Assembly (NCBI GenBank): GCA_902628335.1
Contig: CACOMO010000002.1
Span: forward strand, 143,684 to 207,683
DNA: 64,000 nucleotides
Reading direction: 5' to 3'
Origin: an uncultured Gammaproteobacteria bacterium
GTDB taxonomy: Bacteria > Pseudomonadota > Gammaproteobacteria > GCA-002705445 > GCA-002716945
In this document: positions 1 to 9,683 of the stretch, piece by piece
How positions within the stretch are numbered: the stretch's first letter is position 1
How the letters are laid out: each line of letters begins with the position of its first letter
The notes under the pieces: model-generated
The model's database searches: none
The model's input: the letters and a program-made list of their open reading frames with translations, nothing else
Told to the model about the DNA's origin: nothing
Made by a program: the position numbers and the translations under genes

Positions 1-91
1 TCAGATTTAGATATCCTTATTTCAATTTTTTTACAGATTTTTTTAGTGTGCCCATCTACTGATGAGTAAATAATTAGTGTATTAAGCATAT

Positions 92-577
92 TCAATTTTT
101 TTCCAAAATATTTGAGAATTCTTCTAGAATGCTTTCGTAAACTTTCCTTTTAAACTTAATCACACTCTTGATCGCAGTTTTTCTATCACTCCACTTCCAT
201 GCATCAAATTCAGCATGCTCAGTAGCATTTAAATTTATATCATCAGCATCCTCACCGATAAATCTTAATAAAAACCATTTCTGCATAGCGCCATCGTATT
301 TTTTGTTTGATCTCTGGAAAATATGAGGTATATGATACACGAGCCACTTCTTGCTAATATCAATTATCTCTACTTTGTCCTTTTTCAGACCAGTTTCCTC
401 AAATAACTCTCTATATAAAGCAACTTGTGGAGTCTCACCCTCGTCAATGCCTCCTTGAGGAAATTGCCAAGCATCTGCACCAATTCTCTTACCGAGAAAA
501 AATTGACCTTCTCGGTTAACGATAACCATGCCCACTCCCTTCCTGTAATTTTTACCTTTCATGTTAACTATTATCAT
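92..577 (-). CDS. rppH: RNA pyrophosphohydrolase RppH (Nudix hydrolase)
   Basis: Nudix box GGIDEGETPQVALYRELFEETG. Collinear similarity to E. coli RppH, including the C-terminal KFKRKVY motif. The alternative ATG at 562 would give MKGKNY. Confidence 0.85.
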   Translation of the reverse strand: MIIVNMKGKNYRKGVGMVIVNREGQFFLGKRIGADAWQFPQGGIDEGETPQVALYRELFEETGLKKDKVEIIDISKKWLVYHIPHIFQRSNKKYDGAMQKWFLLRFIGEDADDINLNATEHAEFDAWKWSDRKTAIKSVIKFKRKVYESILEEFSNILEKN

Positions 578-691
578 TATAAATATTTAATTCATATACT
601 TATCATAATACAATATGAGATAATTTAATTATGCATAATGTGAAATTTCTTTATTAATAAGTTAATTCTTGAATATGTATTTAAATGACTA

Positions 692-1342
692 ATGAAAAAA
701 CTTGTAATATTTGACTTAGACAATACCTTGTTAAATGGTGATAGTGATAGGAATTGGGGTGAATTTCTCTCAGAGAAAAAAATTGTTAATAATAATTATC
801 TATTGAGAAGTGAACAGTTCTATAATAATTATTATCAAGGAAGTTTAGATATTGACGGATTTCTTGCTTTCTGCCTAGAACCGCTAAAGAATAATAAGAT
901 GGATTTGCTTTTAGAGCTAAGAGAAGAATTTATAGAAAAAAAAATAAAGCCGATTGTGCTATCAGAGGCATTATCAAGAGTAAAAGAGGAAATGAAAGAT
1001 AATAAAGTTATTATTGCAACTGCCACTAATAATTTCGTTACAAAGCCGATTGCGGATTTATTTGGTATCGTCGACCTCATCGCCACCGAATTTGAAATAT
1101 CTAATAACAAATTCACAGGGCGAGTCTTGGGACTACCTTGTTTTAGGGAGGGTAAATTGAAAAAAGTAACAGAATGGATTAACTTAAATGGGTATACATT
1201 AACTGAATCAAAATTTTACTCTGACTCATTTAATGATTTGCCCTTATTGAAGAGGGTCAGAGAAGCAGTTGTAGTAGATGGTGATGAAAAATTATTAAAG
1301 GAGGCAGAGAAGAATGGATGGTCATGCTTATCGTTCAGGTAA
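692..1342 (+). CDS. HAD-superfamily subfamily IB hydrolase (phosphoserine phosphatase-like)
   Basis: N-terminal HAD motif I FDLDNTL and a downstream DxxxD-type motif VVDGDEK. Size 216 aa is typical of HAD-IB. Confidence 0.7.
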   Translation: MKKLVIFDLDNTLLNGDSDRNWGEFLSEKKIVNNNYLLRSEQFYNNYYQGSLDIDGFLAFCLEPLKNNKMDLLLELREEFIEKKIKPIVLSEALSRVKEEMKDNKVIIATATNNFVTKPIADLFGIVDLIATEFEISNNKFTGRVLGLPCFREGKLKKVTEWINLNGYTLTESKFYSDSFNDLPLLKRVREAVVVDGDEKLLKEAEKNGWSCLSFR

Positions 1343-1361
1343 AAAAATCACTACCTGGCTT

Positions 1362-1934
1362 ATGAGTTTATTTGTGTTAATATTTTTTTATGATTCAATA
1401 GATGCCGAGACTATGATAATAGATGATATGAATAACTCAAATGGCTCTGCAGAAAAAAGAGACTATTGTGAGGAGACAACTACCAAATGGTGTTTTGTAA
1501 CTGATAAAGTTATGGGTGGTGTTTCAGAGGGAACATTTGAAAAGCGCGAGTCTGATGATGTTCCTCATTATAACATGCGAGGTGATGTTTCAACTGAGAA
1601 CAATGGTGGGTTCATACAATTTAGGACTCAACTAGAAAATCATCCAAAAAATAAAATATATAACGGGATACGAATAAAAGTTCGTGGAAATAATGAGGAG
1701 TATGCATTGCATTTGAGGACTAAATATTTATTTCTACCTTGGCAGTATTATCAAGCAAATTTTATTGCAACAGATCAATGGTCTATTATAGATATACCTT
1801 TTAATTCATTTAAAAAATCTAACTTTTATCAGCCAACGTCTGTTACATCCATTGATATTAAAACAATCGGCGTTGTGGCAATTGGAAGAGACTTCAAGGC
1901 TAATATTGATTTAGCTTTTATGGAACTATATTAA
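1362..1934 (+). CDS. CIA30-domain protein (complex I intermediate-associated protein 30 family), secreted
   Basis: Signal-peptide-like N-terminus MSLFVLIFFYDSIDA. CIA30-like segments VMGGVSEG...GGFIQFRT. The ORF track start at 1314 overlaps the previous gene; the internal ATG at 1362 is preferred. Confidence 0.55.
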   Translation: MSLFVLIFFYDSIDAETMIIDDMNNSNGSAEKRDYCEETTTKWCFVTDKVMGGVSEGTFEKRESDDVPHYNMRGDVSTENNGGFIQFRTQLENHPKNKIYNGIRIKVRGNNEEYALHLRTKYLFLPWQYYQANFIATDQWSIIDIPFNSFKKSNFYQPTSVTSIDIKTIGVVAIGRDFKANIDLAFMELY

Positions 1935-1935
1935 T

Positions 1936-2157
1936 TTAAACAAGAAAATAATTTATATAGCCCGTTATAAAAATTGGGATTTGAAGACCAAAATTTATCA
2001 TGACCGCTTTATCATTCATTAAGTATCCAGAAATCATCCAACCAGCTGCACCTACCGAGTGGATAAAGATGTAGAGCGGGTATATATTAAACTGTGCTAT
2101 AAAGATTCCTGTTAATACAAAAGTAGTGCTCGCCCATTTGAGTGATGTTAGATTCAT
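1936..2157 (-). CDS. small two-helix membrane protein, unknown function
   Basis: 73-aa ORF with two hydrophobic segments, ending 10 nt before the start of the FemAB-like gene on the same strand. No recognisable motif. Confidence 0.3.
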   Translation of the reverse strand: MNLTSLKWASTTFVLTGIFIAQFNIYPLYIFIHSVGAAGWMISGYLMNDKAVMINFGLQIPIFITGYINYFLV

Positions 2158-2166
2158 GGTATCTCC

Positions 2167-3186
2167 TTATCGTTTTTTCTTAAAATCGAGTGCTTTGTTA
2201 AAAATATAATTATGCAAAATAGATTTAGCGATATCGAATTCTCCTACCCTTTTAATTTCCTCGCCATTGAAGCCTTCTTTAAAAAAATCTACACCTGCAG
2301 TTGATTGATCTTCGGATAACCCACCAAAATCTAAGATATCTATATCAAGTGAATATAGATAATTAATCAACTCAAAGATCATGCCGTAGGATGCATGTAA
2401 ATCACCGCCTCTGTTGGTAGATGCCGCATAATGATAAAAAGCTTTTCGATGAAACATGCTCACAACACAAGCTGCAACACATTCTCGATCTTTGTACCCT
2501 GCAAGTGTAATTATTTTATTGTAATCTGATGAATTTAATAATTTTGCGAATAAAGCAACATCTATAATAGGCAAATTCAAATTCTTCTCTTCCTGCATTT
2601 GTGCGTATATCGAGTAGAATACTGAACCAGCCTCATCGTTTTCTCTGATTCGCCAATCAATATTATTTTTAATTGATTGTTTGATATAGTATCTATGCTT
2701 TTTCCTTATTTGACTGAGAAAGTCATCGCTGGGCATTGTTTTAATTATATTTGTTCTCCTGCTAGTCAATGTATTGGAGGATTTTTTGAATTCGATAAAA
2801 AATTTGCTATTAATATCGTTATCTTCCATAAATGTTTTACATCTTAGATTCGCAAAATTGTACTCTGCAACTACATCTCTAAACTTTTTAAGGGCGCTAT
2901 TGGTATTATTTTTATCTTCTGTGTTTATTAAAGGTCCACCTGGACACCATGCTATATTTACGCCTAAAACTTTTTTCATAACAATTTGTGCAATTAAAGT
3001 TAGTTTCTCACAATTATTATCAGAAACTATAATTCGAAGAGGTTCCCATCCCTCAGATTTCTTCAATTCTCCCCATTCGTAAGATTGAAAAATATTATAT
3101 TCTTGAAATTGCAATAGAGCCTCGTTCCATTGCTTGTTATTCAAAGAATTTTTATTAAGTATTTGTAGTGTTTTATCTTTAGTCAC
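2167..3186 (-). CDS. FemAB-family / GNAT-fold acyltransferase (aminoacyl-transferase-like)
   Basis: 339 aa with two-lobed GNAT-like organisation. Segments IFQSYEWGELK and the C-terminal FKEGFNGEE resemble FemAB/lipid II aminoacyl transferases. Confidence 0.5.
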   Translation of the reverse strand: MTKDKTLQILNKNSLNNKQWNEALLQFQEYNIFQSYEWGELKKSEGWEPLRIIVSDNNCEKLTLIAQIVMKKVLGVNIAWCPGGPLINTEDKNNTNSALKKFRDVVAEYNFANLRCKTFMEDNDINSKFFIEFKKSSNTLTSRRTNIIKTMPSDDFLSQIRKKHRYYIKQSIKNNIDWRIRENDEAGSVFYSIYAQMQEEKNLNLPIIDVALFAKLLNSSDYNKIITLAGYKDRECVAACVVSMFHRKAFYHYAASTNRGGDLHASYGMIFELINYLYSLDIDILDFGGLSEDQSTAGVDFFKEGFNGEEIKRVGEFDIAKSILHNYIFNKALDFKKKR

Positions 3187-3188
3187 GA

Positions 3189-3755
3189 TTATGTTTTTGG
3201 AAGAGTGACACCTTTTTGTCCTTGATATTTACCATCTCTATCTTTATATGATGTTTCACAAACTTCATCAGATTCAAGAAATATAAATTGGGCGACACCC
3301 TCGTTGGCATAAATCTTTGCAGGTAGAGATGTGGTGTTTGAAAACTCTAAGGTAACATGTCCTTCCCACTCTGGTTCGAGTGGTGTTACATTTACGATTA
3401 TTCCGCATCTCGCATAAGTTGACTTACCTAAACAAAGAGTCAATACTTTTCTAGGTATTCTAAAATACTCAATAGTTCTGGCAAGGGCAAAAGAGTTAGG
3501 TGGTATAGTGCATACATCAGATTTGATATCTACAAAGCTTTGATCATCGAAATTTTTGGGGTCAACCATTGAAGAATTAATATTGGTAAAAACTTTGAAT
3601 TCATCAGAGCAACGGACATCATATCCATAACTTGATGTTCCATAAGATACTATTCTCCCACTACCATTTGATTTAACTTGATTCTCTTGAAATGGCTCAA
3701 TCATTCTATGATTTTTAGCCATATCCTTGATCCACTTGTCTGATTTGATTGCCAT
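3189..3755 (-). CDS. dcd: dCTP deaminase
   Basis: Collinear with E. coli Dcd. Shares [23 protein letters not shown] with [21 protein letters not shown], and the C-terminal KYQGQKG with KYRNQQGA. Confidence 0.9.
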   Translation of the reverse strand: MAIKSDKWIKDMAKNHRMIEPFQENQVKSNGSGRIVSYGTSSYGYDVRCSDEFKVFTNINSSMVDPKNFDDQSFVDIKSDVCTIPPNSFALARTIEYFRIPRKVLTLCLGKSTYARCGIIVNVTPLEPEWEGHVTLEFSNTTSLPAKIYANEGVAQFIFLESDEVCETSYKDRDGKYQGQKGVTLPKT

Positions 3756-3820
3756 TCCAGTATTATATTATAAATAGCTGACAATATTTATGTTAATTTA
3801 TTAAGAGACCTTGTATTTAG

Positions 3821-4903
3821 TTAGTCGTTTTGAATAACAATCTTTGGAAATACAGATGAGTAATCTTTTTTACGCATCGACAAAGTAGCTGCCATTTTCC
3901 TAGCGATTTCTCTAAAAGCCATTGAGGTAGGTGACTCAGGATTTTGAGAGACTGTCGGTGTTCCCTTATCCATTTCCTCTCGAATTTGTTTTTGAAGTGG
4001 TAATTCCCCAAGTAATTTGACGCCATTTTCTTGAGCTAGTTGCTCGCCGCCACCTTCACCAAATATACTTTCCATATTTCCACACTCAGGACAAATGAAC
4101 GAACTCATATTTTCGATTACACCTAACACAGGTACTTCAACCTTCTCAAACATTTTAAGTCCCTTGCGAGCATCTATTAACGAGATATCTTGCGGTGTTG
4201 TAACAATTACAGCGCCACTAACAGGTATTTTTTGACATAACGTCAGTTGCACATCACCAGTGCCTGGTGGAAGATCAATGATTAGAAAATCTATATCCTT
4301 CCAATTTGTGTCAGTAAGAAGTTGCTCAAGAGCTTGAGTCACCATAGGGCCTCTCCAAATCATAGGAGTGTCCTCTTCAACCAGTAATCCAATAGACATT
4401 GCCTGTAGGCCATGTCCTACTTTTGGCTCTAGTGTTTTACCATCTTCTGAATCTGGCTTTCCTTCAAGACCAAGCATTCTAGGGATGCTTGGGCCATAGA
4501 TATCAGCATCTAAAATAGCTGTGTTGGCTCCCTCTTCTTTAAGCGCTAGTGCTAGATTAACAGCTGTAGTTGATTTTCCTACTCCTCCTTTTCCTGATGC
4601 TACGGCTATAATGTTTTTTATGCCTTTTACCCTCTCAAGGCTTTGTTGTACAGTGTGAGGTATAATTTCATACTTAAGGTCAAGAGTCAGCTTAACATCA
4701 GGGTATGCTTCATTAATTTTCTTTGTAAGATTCTTGTGAAAATCCTGAATGATGCCCTCTGCAGGCCATCCTAGGACAATCTGGATATGGACGTTGTCAC
4801 CATCAACTTTTATATCTTTGACGGTATTCCCAGTGACTAGATCTGTGCCCATGTATGGACAATCGTAGTCCTTCAAAATCGATTCTATGTTTTCTCTCTC
4901 CAT
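3821..4903 (-). CDS. apbC: Fe-S cluster carrier ATPase ApbC/Mrp
   Basis: Walker A VASGKGGVGKST. ParA/Mrp family with an N-terminal DUF59-like domain. Divergent from metG, as in E. coli. Confidence 0.9.
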   Translation of the reverse strand: MERENIESILKDYDCPYMGTDLVTGNTVKDIKVDGDNVHIQIVLGWPAEGIIQDFHKNLTKKINEAYPDVKLTLDLKYEIIPHTVQQSLERVKGIKNIIAVASGKGGVGKSTTAVNLALALKEEGANTAILDADIYGPSIPRMLGLEGKPDSEDGKTLEPKVGHGLQAMSIGLLVEEDTPMIWRGPMVTQALEQLLTDTNWKDIDFLIIDLPPGTGDVQLTLCQKIPVSGAVIVTTPQDISLIDARKGLKMFEKVEVPVLGVIENMSSFICPECGNMESIFGEGGGEQLAQENGVKLLGELPLQKQIREEMDKGTPTVSQNPESPTSMAFREIARKMAATLSMRKKDYSSVFPKIVIQND

Positions 4904-5003
4904 GTGCCTATTTTATATAAATTTACGTTAAAATATCAATATAAGTACAATTGCTATAGTATAACGAATTACATTAATAACATAACAATTTGACATCATA
5001 TTT

Positions 5004-6641
5004 ATGAGAAAAATTCTAGTAACAAGTGCTCTTCCATATGCGAATGGATCCATCCACCTTGGTCATCTTGTGGAATATCTTCAAACTGATATTTGGGTCA
5101 GGCACCAGAAAATGTCTAAAAACCACTGTACATACATTTGTGCAGATGATGCTCATGGGACACCTATCATGTTGAAAGCAAGAGAACTTAATATTACGCC
5201 AGAAAAACTAATAGAAAAATCAAAAAAAGAGCACACTCAGGATTTTGCTGATTTTTACATCGAATTCGACAACTACTACACAACGCACTCAGAAGAGAAT
5301 AAAATACTATCAGAACTTATCTACAAAAATCTTAAAGATAAAGGTGTGATAGAGAGAAGTGAGATTGAACAGTATTATGATGAAAATGAGGAGATGTTTC
5401 TCCCAGACAGATATATCAAGGGCACTTGCCCTAAGTGTGGGGAAGAAGATCAATATGGAGACTCGTGTGAAAAATGTGGGGCAACTTATTCATCAACTGA
5501 AGTTATTAACCCGATATCTGTAATTTCAAATTCTAAACCAATTAAAAAGAAAACAGAGCATCTCTTTTTTAAACTTTCAGACTATGAAAAATTTCTTAGT
5601 AAGTGGTTAACTGATAATCGAGTACAAAAAGAAATTAATAACAAGATGAAAGAATGGCTCTCAGATGGTTTATCAAGTTGGGACATTACTAGAGATAAAC
5701 CATATTTTGGCTTCAATATACCAGGAGAGAAAGAGAAATTCTTTTACGTATGGCTTGATGCACCTGTTGGTTATATTGCATCATACAAAAATCTGTGTGA
5801 TAAAAACTCTATAGATTATCTCGCAGCATGGAAAAAAGATTCCGAAGTTGAGTTGTATCATTTTATTGGAAAAGACATTGCATATTTTCACGTCCTATTT
5901 TGGCCATCAATGCTAGAGGGGGCTGGCTTTAGGACGCCAACAAGTGTATTTTGTCATGGCTTTCTCACCATAGATGGAGAAAAAATGTCTAAATCAAGAG
6001 GTACCTTTATTAAAGCTAGAACGTATCTGAATCATCTTAATCCTGAGTACTTGAGATATTATTTTGCTAGTCGGCTCACCAGCAAAATTGAGGACATTGA
6101 TTTGAACTTTAATGATTTTGTAGCTAGAGTAAACTCCGATTTGATTGGAAAAGTAATTAACATAGGTAGTAGGTGTGCCAGATTTATAAACAAGGATTTT
6201 GATAATACACTTGCTTCGAAGTCAAATAATCAATCTTTAATTTCGCAAATCCTTGAAAAGAAAAGTACTATACAAAAAAATTATGAAAATAGAGATTTTT
6301 CCAAAAATATACGATTAATCTCATCACTTGCTGATGATGTAAATAAGTATATTGATGATGAAAAGCCGTGGATTAAAATTAAAGATAAAGATAACAGTGA
6401 GACTGTTCAAGAAGTCTGCTCTGATGGAGTAAATATGTTCAGAGTTCTTGTTGGTTATTTAAAACCTGTACTCCCAAAGATTGCAGAAAATGTAGAAAAG
6501 TTTCTGAGATGTTCGCCAATTGACTGGTATAATATTGATCAACTAATATTAAAGGAAAAAATCGAGACTTTTAAACCAATAATAACAAGGATAGATGAAA
6601 AATCTATCGAGATAATTAAAACTGAGGCGAGAAAAAACTAG
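5004..6641 (+). CDS. metG: methionyl-tRNA synthetase, catalytic core (lacks the C-terminal tRNA-binding domain)
   Basis: HIGH motif PYANGSIHLGHL, KMSKS motif, and the zinc knuckle CPKCGEEDQYGDSCEKCG. Ends at TAG 6639-6641, immediately before a separate ORF that encodes the missing C-terminal domain. Confidence 0.9.
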   Translation: MRKILVTSALPYANGSIHLGHLVEYLQTDIWVRHQKMSKNHCTYICADDAHGTPIMLKARELNITPEKLIEKSKKEHTQDFADFYIEFDNYYTTHSEENKILSELIYKNLKDKGVIERSEIEQYYDENEEMFLPDRYIKGTCPKCGEEDQYGDSCEKCGATYSSTEVINPISVISNSKPIKKKTEHLFFKLSDYEKFLSKWLTDNRVQKEINNKMKEWLSDGLSSWDITRDKPYFGFNIPGEKEKFFYVWLDAPVGYIASYKNLCDKNSIDYLAAWKKDSEVELYHFIGKDIAYFHVLFWPSMLEGAGFRTPTSVFCHGFLTIDGEKMSKSRGTFIKARTYLNHLNPEYLRYYFASRLTSKIEDIDLNFNDFVARVNSDLIGKVINIGSRCARFINKDFDNTLASKSNNQSLISQILEKKSTIQKNYENRDFSKNIRLISSLADDVNKYIDDEKPWIKIKDKDNSETVQEVCSDGVNMFRVLVGYLKPVLPKIAENVEKFLRCSPIDWYNIDQLILKEKIETFKPIITRIDEKSIEIIKTEARKN

Positions 6642-6642
6642 C

Positions 6643-6975
6643 ATGACAGACGGTAAAATATTAATAGATGATTTCATCAAACTAGACTTGAGAGTTGGTA
6701 GAGTACTTGATGCTAAGGAGGTTGAAGACTCTAGAAAAATGTTAGAGCTCACAATTGACATAGGCGTAGAGCACAGAAAAATATTTGCAGGTATAAAAAA
6801 ATCATATTCACCAACTGACCTTGTTGGAAAAAATGTTGTTGTGATTGCAAATCTTCTCCCAAGAGAGATGAAGTTCGGTACCTCAGATGGAATGGTATTA
6901 GCTACCTCAGATGATGAGGAGGTAATTATCATAAATCCCGATAAAGATGTTACACCAGGTGCAAAAGTATCGTGA
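6643..6975 (+). CDS. stand-alone MetRS C-terminal tRNA-binding domain (Trbp111/EMAP-like), split from metG
   Basis: Aligns along its full length to the E. coli MetG C-terminus ([39 protein letters not shown]). It lies in the +1 frame relative to metG, directly after an A6 run. Confidence 0.8.
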   Translation: MTDGKILIDDFIKLDLRVGRVLDAKEVEDSRKMLELTIDIGVEHRKIFAGIKKSYSPTDLVGKNVVVIANLLPREMKFGTSDGMVLATSDDEEVIIINPDKDVTPGAKVS

Positions 6976-7571
6976 AAAAAGAAATTACTAAATTAGAAAA
7001 AATAATTAATGCACTCCCTCAGCTTCAATGCAAAAAATGCACTTATGATGATTGCGAATCGTACGCACAAGCAATTTTACATTCAAATGAAAGTATAAAT
7101 AAGTGTGAGCCAGGTGCGAGCCAGACGAATAATATACTTAAGAAATTAATCGATGGGGATACTGATACTGACTTTGAAGAATCGATTATAGAGAATTATA
7201 AAATCGCGCACATTAAATATGATGAGTGTATTGGTTGTACGATATGTATCAAGGTGTGCCCCGTGGATGCAATTATAGGAGCAAGAAAGAAGCAACACTA
7301 CATAATTAATGATAAATGTAATGGATGTGAGCTGTGTATTGAACAATGCCCAGTTGATTGTATGGAAATGGTAAATAATGATTTTGAATTATCTTGGATA
7401 TGGCCATCAGTGCAATCAGAGGATTCTAAAGAAAGATACTTTAGAAAATTAACTAGAGTGAAACAAGAGAAATACACCAAGAGTATTGTTAATCAAGAAA
7501 AAGAAATTAAACAGTATCTAAAGCTAGCAGTAGAACGTGAAACAGAGAAACGTAAGTTTTTAAATAGATAG
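6972..7571 (+). CDS. soluble RnfB-like ferredoxin (N-terminal Cys-cluster domain plus two 4Fe-4S motifs)
   Basis: CxxCxxxC...C N-terminal cluster LQCKKCTYDDCESY..KCEPG resembles RsxB. Two ferredoxin motifs, CIGCTICIKVCP and CNGCELCIEQCP. No N-terminal membrane anchor. Sits directly upstream of nth, as rnfB does in rnf-nth operons. Confidence 0.7.
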   Translation: MKKEITKLEKIINALPQLQCKKCTYDDCESYAQAILHSNESINKCEPGASQTNNILKKLIDGDTDTDFEESIIENYKIAHIKYDECIGCTICIKVCPVDAIIGARKKQHYIINDKCNGCELCIEQCPVDCMEMVNNDFELSWIWPSVQSEDSKERYFRKLTRVKQEKYTKSIVNQEKEIKQYLKLAVERETEKRKFLNR

Positions 7572-7606
7572 TAAATTGAGCGATTTATATAAATCATATT
7601 TAATTT

Positions 7607-8260
7607 ATGAAAAAAAAGGATAGAGCGATTATAATTCAAGAGAAACTTGATCAATTGTATCCAACAACTCCTGTGCCATTGAATCATAAAAATAATTTTG
7701 AGCTTTTGATAGCCGTACTATTGAGCGCACAAACTACAGACGAGAGAGTTAACAAAGTAACGCCAAATTTATTCAGGGAAGCACACACTGCAGATAAAAT
7801 GCAAAAATTACATTATAAAACTATTCTCAAACTCGTCAAAACATGTGGATTGGCACCGAAAAAATCGAGAGCGATACTTGCACTTTCGAAAATACTTGTT
7901 AAAGAATATAATGGTCAGGTACCCGCTGATATTAATCAGCTCGAAAAGCTTCCTGGGGTAGGCCATAAAACAGCGAGTGTTGTTATGTCACAAGGATTTG
8001 GACAAGCTGCCTTTCCGGTCGATACGCACATTCATCGACTGGCTCAAAGGTGGGGTCTAACAAACGGTAAAAGCGTTGAGAAGACTGAGGACGATCTCAA
8101 AAAAATCTTTCCCAAAGAGACTTGGAATAAGCTTCATCTACAAATAATTTTTTATGGGCGAGAATACTGCCAAGCAAGACAGTGTTTTGGGATAGAATGT
8201 GATATTTGTAAAACCTGTTATCCAAATAGAAAAAAACCTGTTGTGACTCAAAAACAATAA
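7607..8260 (+). CDS. nth: endonuclease III
   Basis: HhH-GPD motif LPGVGHKTASVV and a C-terminal four-Cys cluster, CQARQC..CDICKTC. Confidence 0.9.
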   Translation: MKKKDRAIIIQEKLDQLYPTTPVPLNHKNNFELLIAVLLSAQTTDERVNKVTPNLFREAHTADKMQKLHYKTILKLVKTCGLAPKKSRAILALSKILVKEYNGQVPADINQLEKLPGVGHKTASVVMSQGFGQAAFPVDTHIHRLAQRWGLTNGKSVEKTEDDLKKIFPKETWNKLHLQIIFYGREYCQARQCFGIECDICKTCYPNRKKPVVTQKQ

Positions 8261-8276
8261 AGCAAATTTAAAGTGG

Positions 8277-8642
8277 CTACTCACTTTTTTTCATTTTATC
8301 CCAAATCGCCGTCATCTCATCCGGTGTTGCAAAAGTTTTATCTAATTTTTCTAATTCCGATTTTACTTTCAAGAATCTAGCATTGAATTTTAATTCGGCC
8401 TCTTTAATTACCTGATGAAGATCTATATCTAGATGTCTTGCTAAAGATATATATGTAAACAATAAATCACCTAACTCTTCTCTAATTTTTCCATTTTTGC
8501 TAGATTGTATTGCCTCTTCAACCTCTTTTGTTTCCTCGTATATTTTTGCCATGATACCCTCTATATCAATCCAATCTAATCCAATCTTTCTAGCCTCTAG
8601 CTGCAGATTAACTGCATTTCTGAATATGTCTTTATTTGTCAT
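8277..8642 (-). CDS. MazG-like nucleotide pyrophosphohydrolase (small single-domain)
   Basis: EExxExxE metal-binding motif IYEETKEVEEAI. About 120 aa, all-helical. Confidence 0.65.
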   Translation of the reverse strand: MTNKDIFRNAVNLQLEARKIGLDWIDIEGIMAKIYEETKEVEEAIQSSKNGKIREELGDLLFTYISLARHLDIDLHQVIKEAELKFNARFLKVKSELEKLDKTFATPDEMTAIWDKMKKSE

Positions 8643-8705
8643 ATAAGCACCTACATATAAAATTCTTTTTTATCAAAAAAACATAATATCATGTAAGATG
8701 AACAA

Positions 8706-9665
8706 ATGAATAAAAAAGATATATCGCAAATATCTAATTGGCTCAATGAGATCATTAAGGGCTCATTTCACATCGAGATAGCATCTTCTGATGCAAGTTT
8801 TAGAACGTATTATCGAATAACTTATAATGAAGGGACAGATATAGTAATGCATGCGCCTCCGGATAAAGAGAGTTTAAAGGATGTTATAAAAATAAACAGT
8901 AAACTTGAAAGTGCAAATGTCACTGTCCCTAAAATTAAAAAAGTAAATGAAGATTTAGGCTTAATTTTGATGTCAGATTTTGGTACAAAAGTATACCTTG
9001 ATAATTTAAATGATGAGACAGTTTTTTGTTTATATACAGATGCTATCGATGTAATACATAATATGCAAAATAACATAACTACATCTGATCTTAGCTATTT
9101 TGATATTCACGAACAAAAAGATGAAATTAATCTTTTTATTAACTGGTTTCTAAAAAAACACATTGGATATGATAATGACAAATTGGGTGATATGGGTATA
9201 GAGAAAATACTCACAGATCTTCTAGGGAAGATAGATGAAATACCAAAAAAATTTATTCATAGGGACTATCACTCCAGGAATTTAATGCTTTTAGAAAAAG
9301 GTAATCCTGGCGTATTAGATTATCAAGATGCTATGACTGGTCCAATAACGTATGATCTTGTCTCGCTATTGAAAGATTGTTACGTCAAATGGGATGATGA
9401 ATTGATAAAGAAAATGTCAAAAACTTTTTTCCAGAGGTTAGATTTAAAGACATCTTTTGATGTCTTCAATTATTGGTTTGATATCACTGGTCTTCAAAGA
9501 CATTTAAAAGCGATTGGGATATTCTCCAGATTGAATTATAGAGATAATAAGCCTGCTTATATGAATGATATACCTAGAACCCTGAGTTATATTAGAGAAA
9601 CAGTCGGTAAATATGATGAGCTCAAGGAAATAAAATTGGTTTTAGATGGGCTTAAATTGGAGTAA
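8706..9665 (+). CDS. amgK: anomeric MurNAc/GlcNAc kinase AmgK-like (aminoglycoside phosphotransferase fold)
   Basis: APH-family catalytic motifs HRDYHSRNLM and a DYQD loop. Immediately followed by the MurU-like nucleotidyltransferase, as in the Pseudomonas AmgK-MurU murein recycling pair. Confidence 0.65.
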   Translation: MNKKDISQISNWLNEIIKGSFHIEIASSDASFRTYYRITYNEGTDIVMHAPPDKESLKDVIKINSKLESANVTVPKIKKVNEDLGLILMSDFGTKVYLDNLNDETVFCLYTDAIDVIHNMQNNITTSDLSYFDIHEQKDEINLFINWFLKKHIGYDNDKLGDMGIEKILTDLLGKIDEIPKKFIHRDYHSRNLMLLEKGNPGVLDYQDAMTGPITYDLVSLLKDCYVKWDDELIKKMSKTFFQRLDLKTSFDVFNYWFDITGLQRHLKAIGIFSRLNYRDNKPAYMNDIPRTLSYIRETVGKYDELKEIKLVLDGLKLE

Positions 9666-9683
9666 AAAGTGGTAACTAAAGCA

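Noticed and set aside
577-692. tRNA or sRNA candidates in the AT-rich intergenic spacers (577-692, 8643-8705, 18635-18705, 21398-21459, 35420-35592).
   Set aside because: No cloverleaf-compatible GC-rich stems, and no T-loop GTTCRA or anticodon-arm pattern recognisable. The spacers look like plain promoter DNA.
6549-6932. 127-aa minus-strand ORF overlapping the metG 3-prime end and the tRNA-binding-domain ORF.
   Set aside because: It is antisense to two well-supported coding segments and has no motif or RBS.
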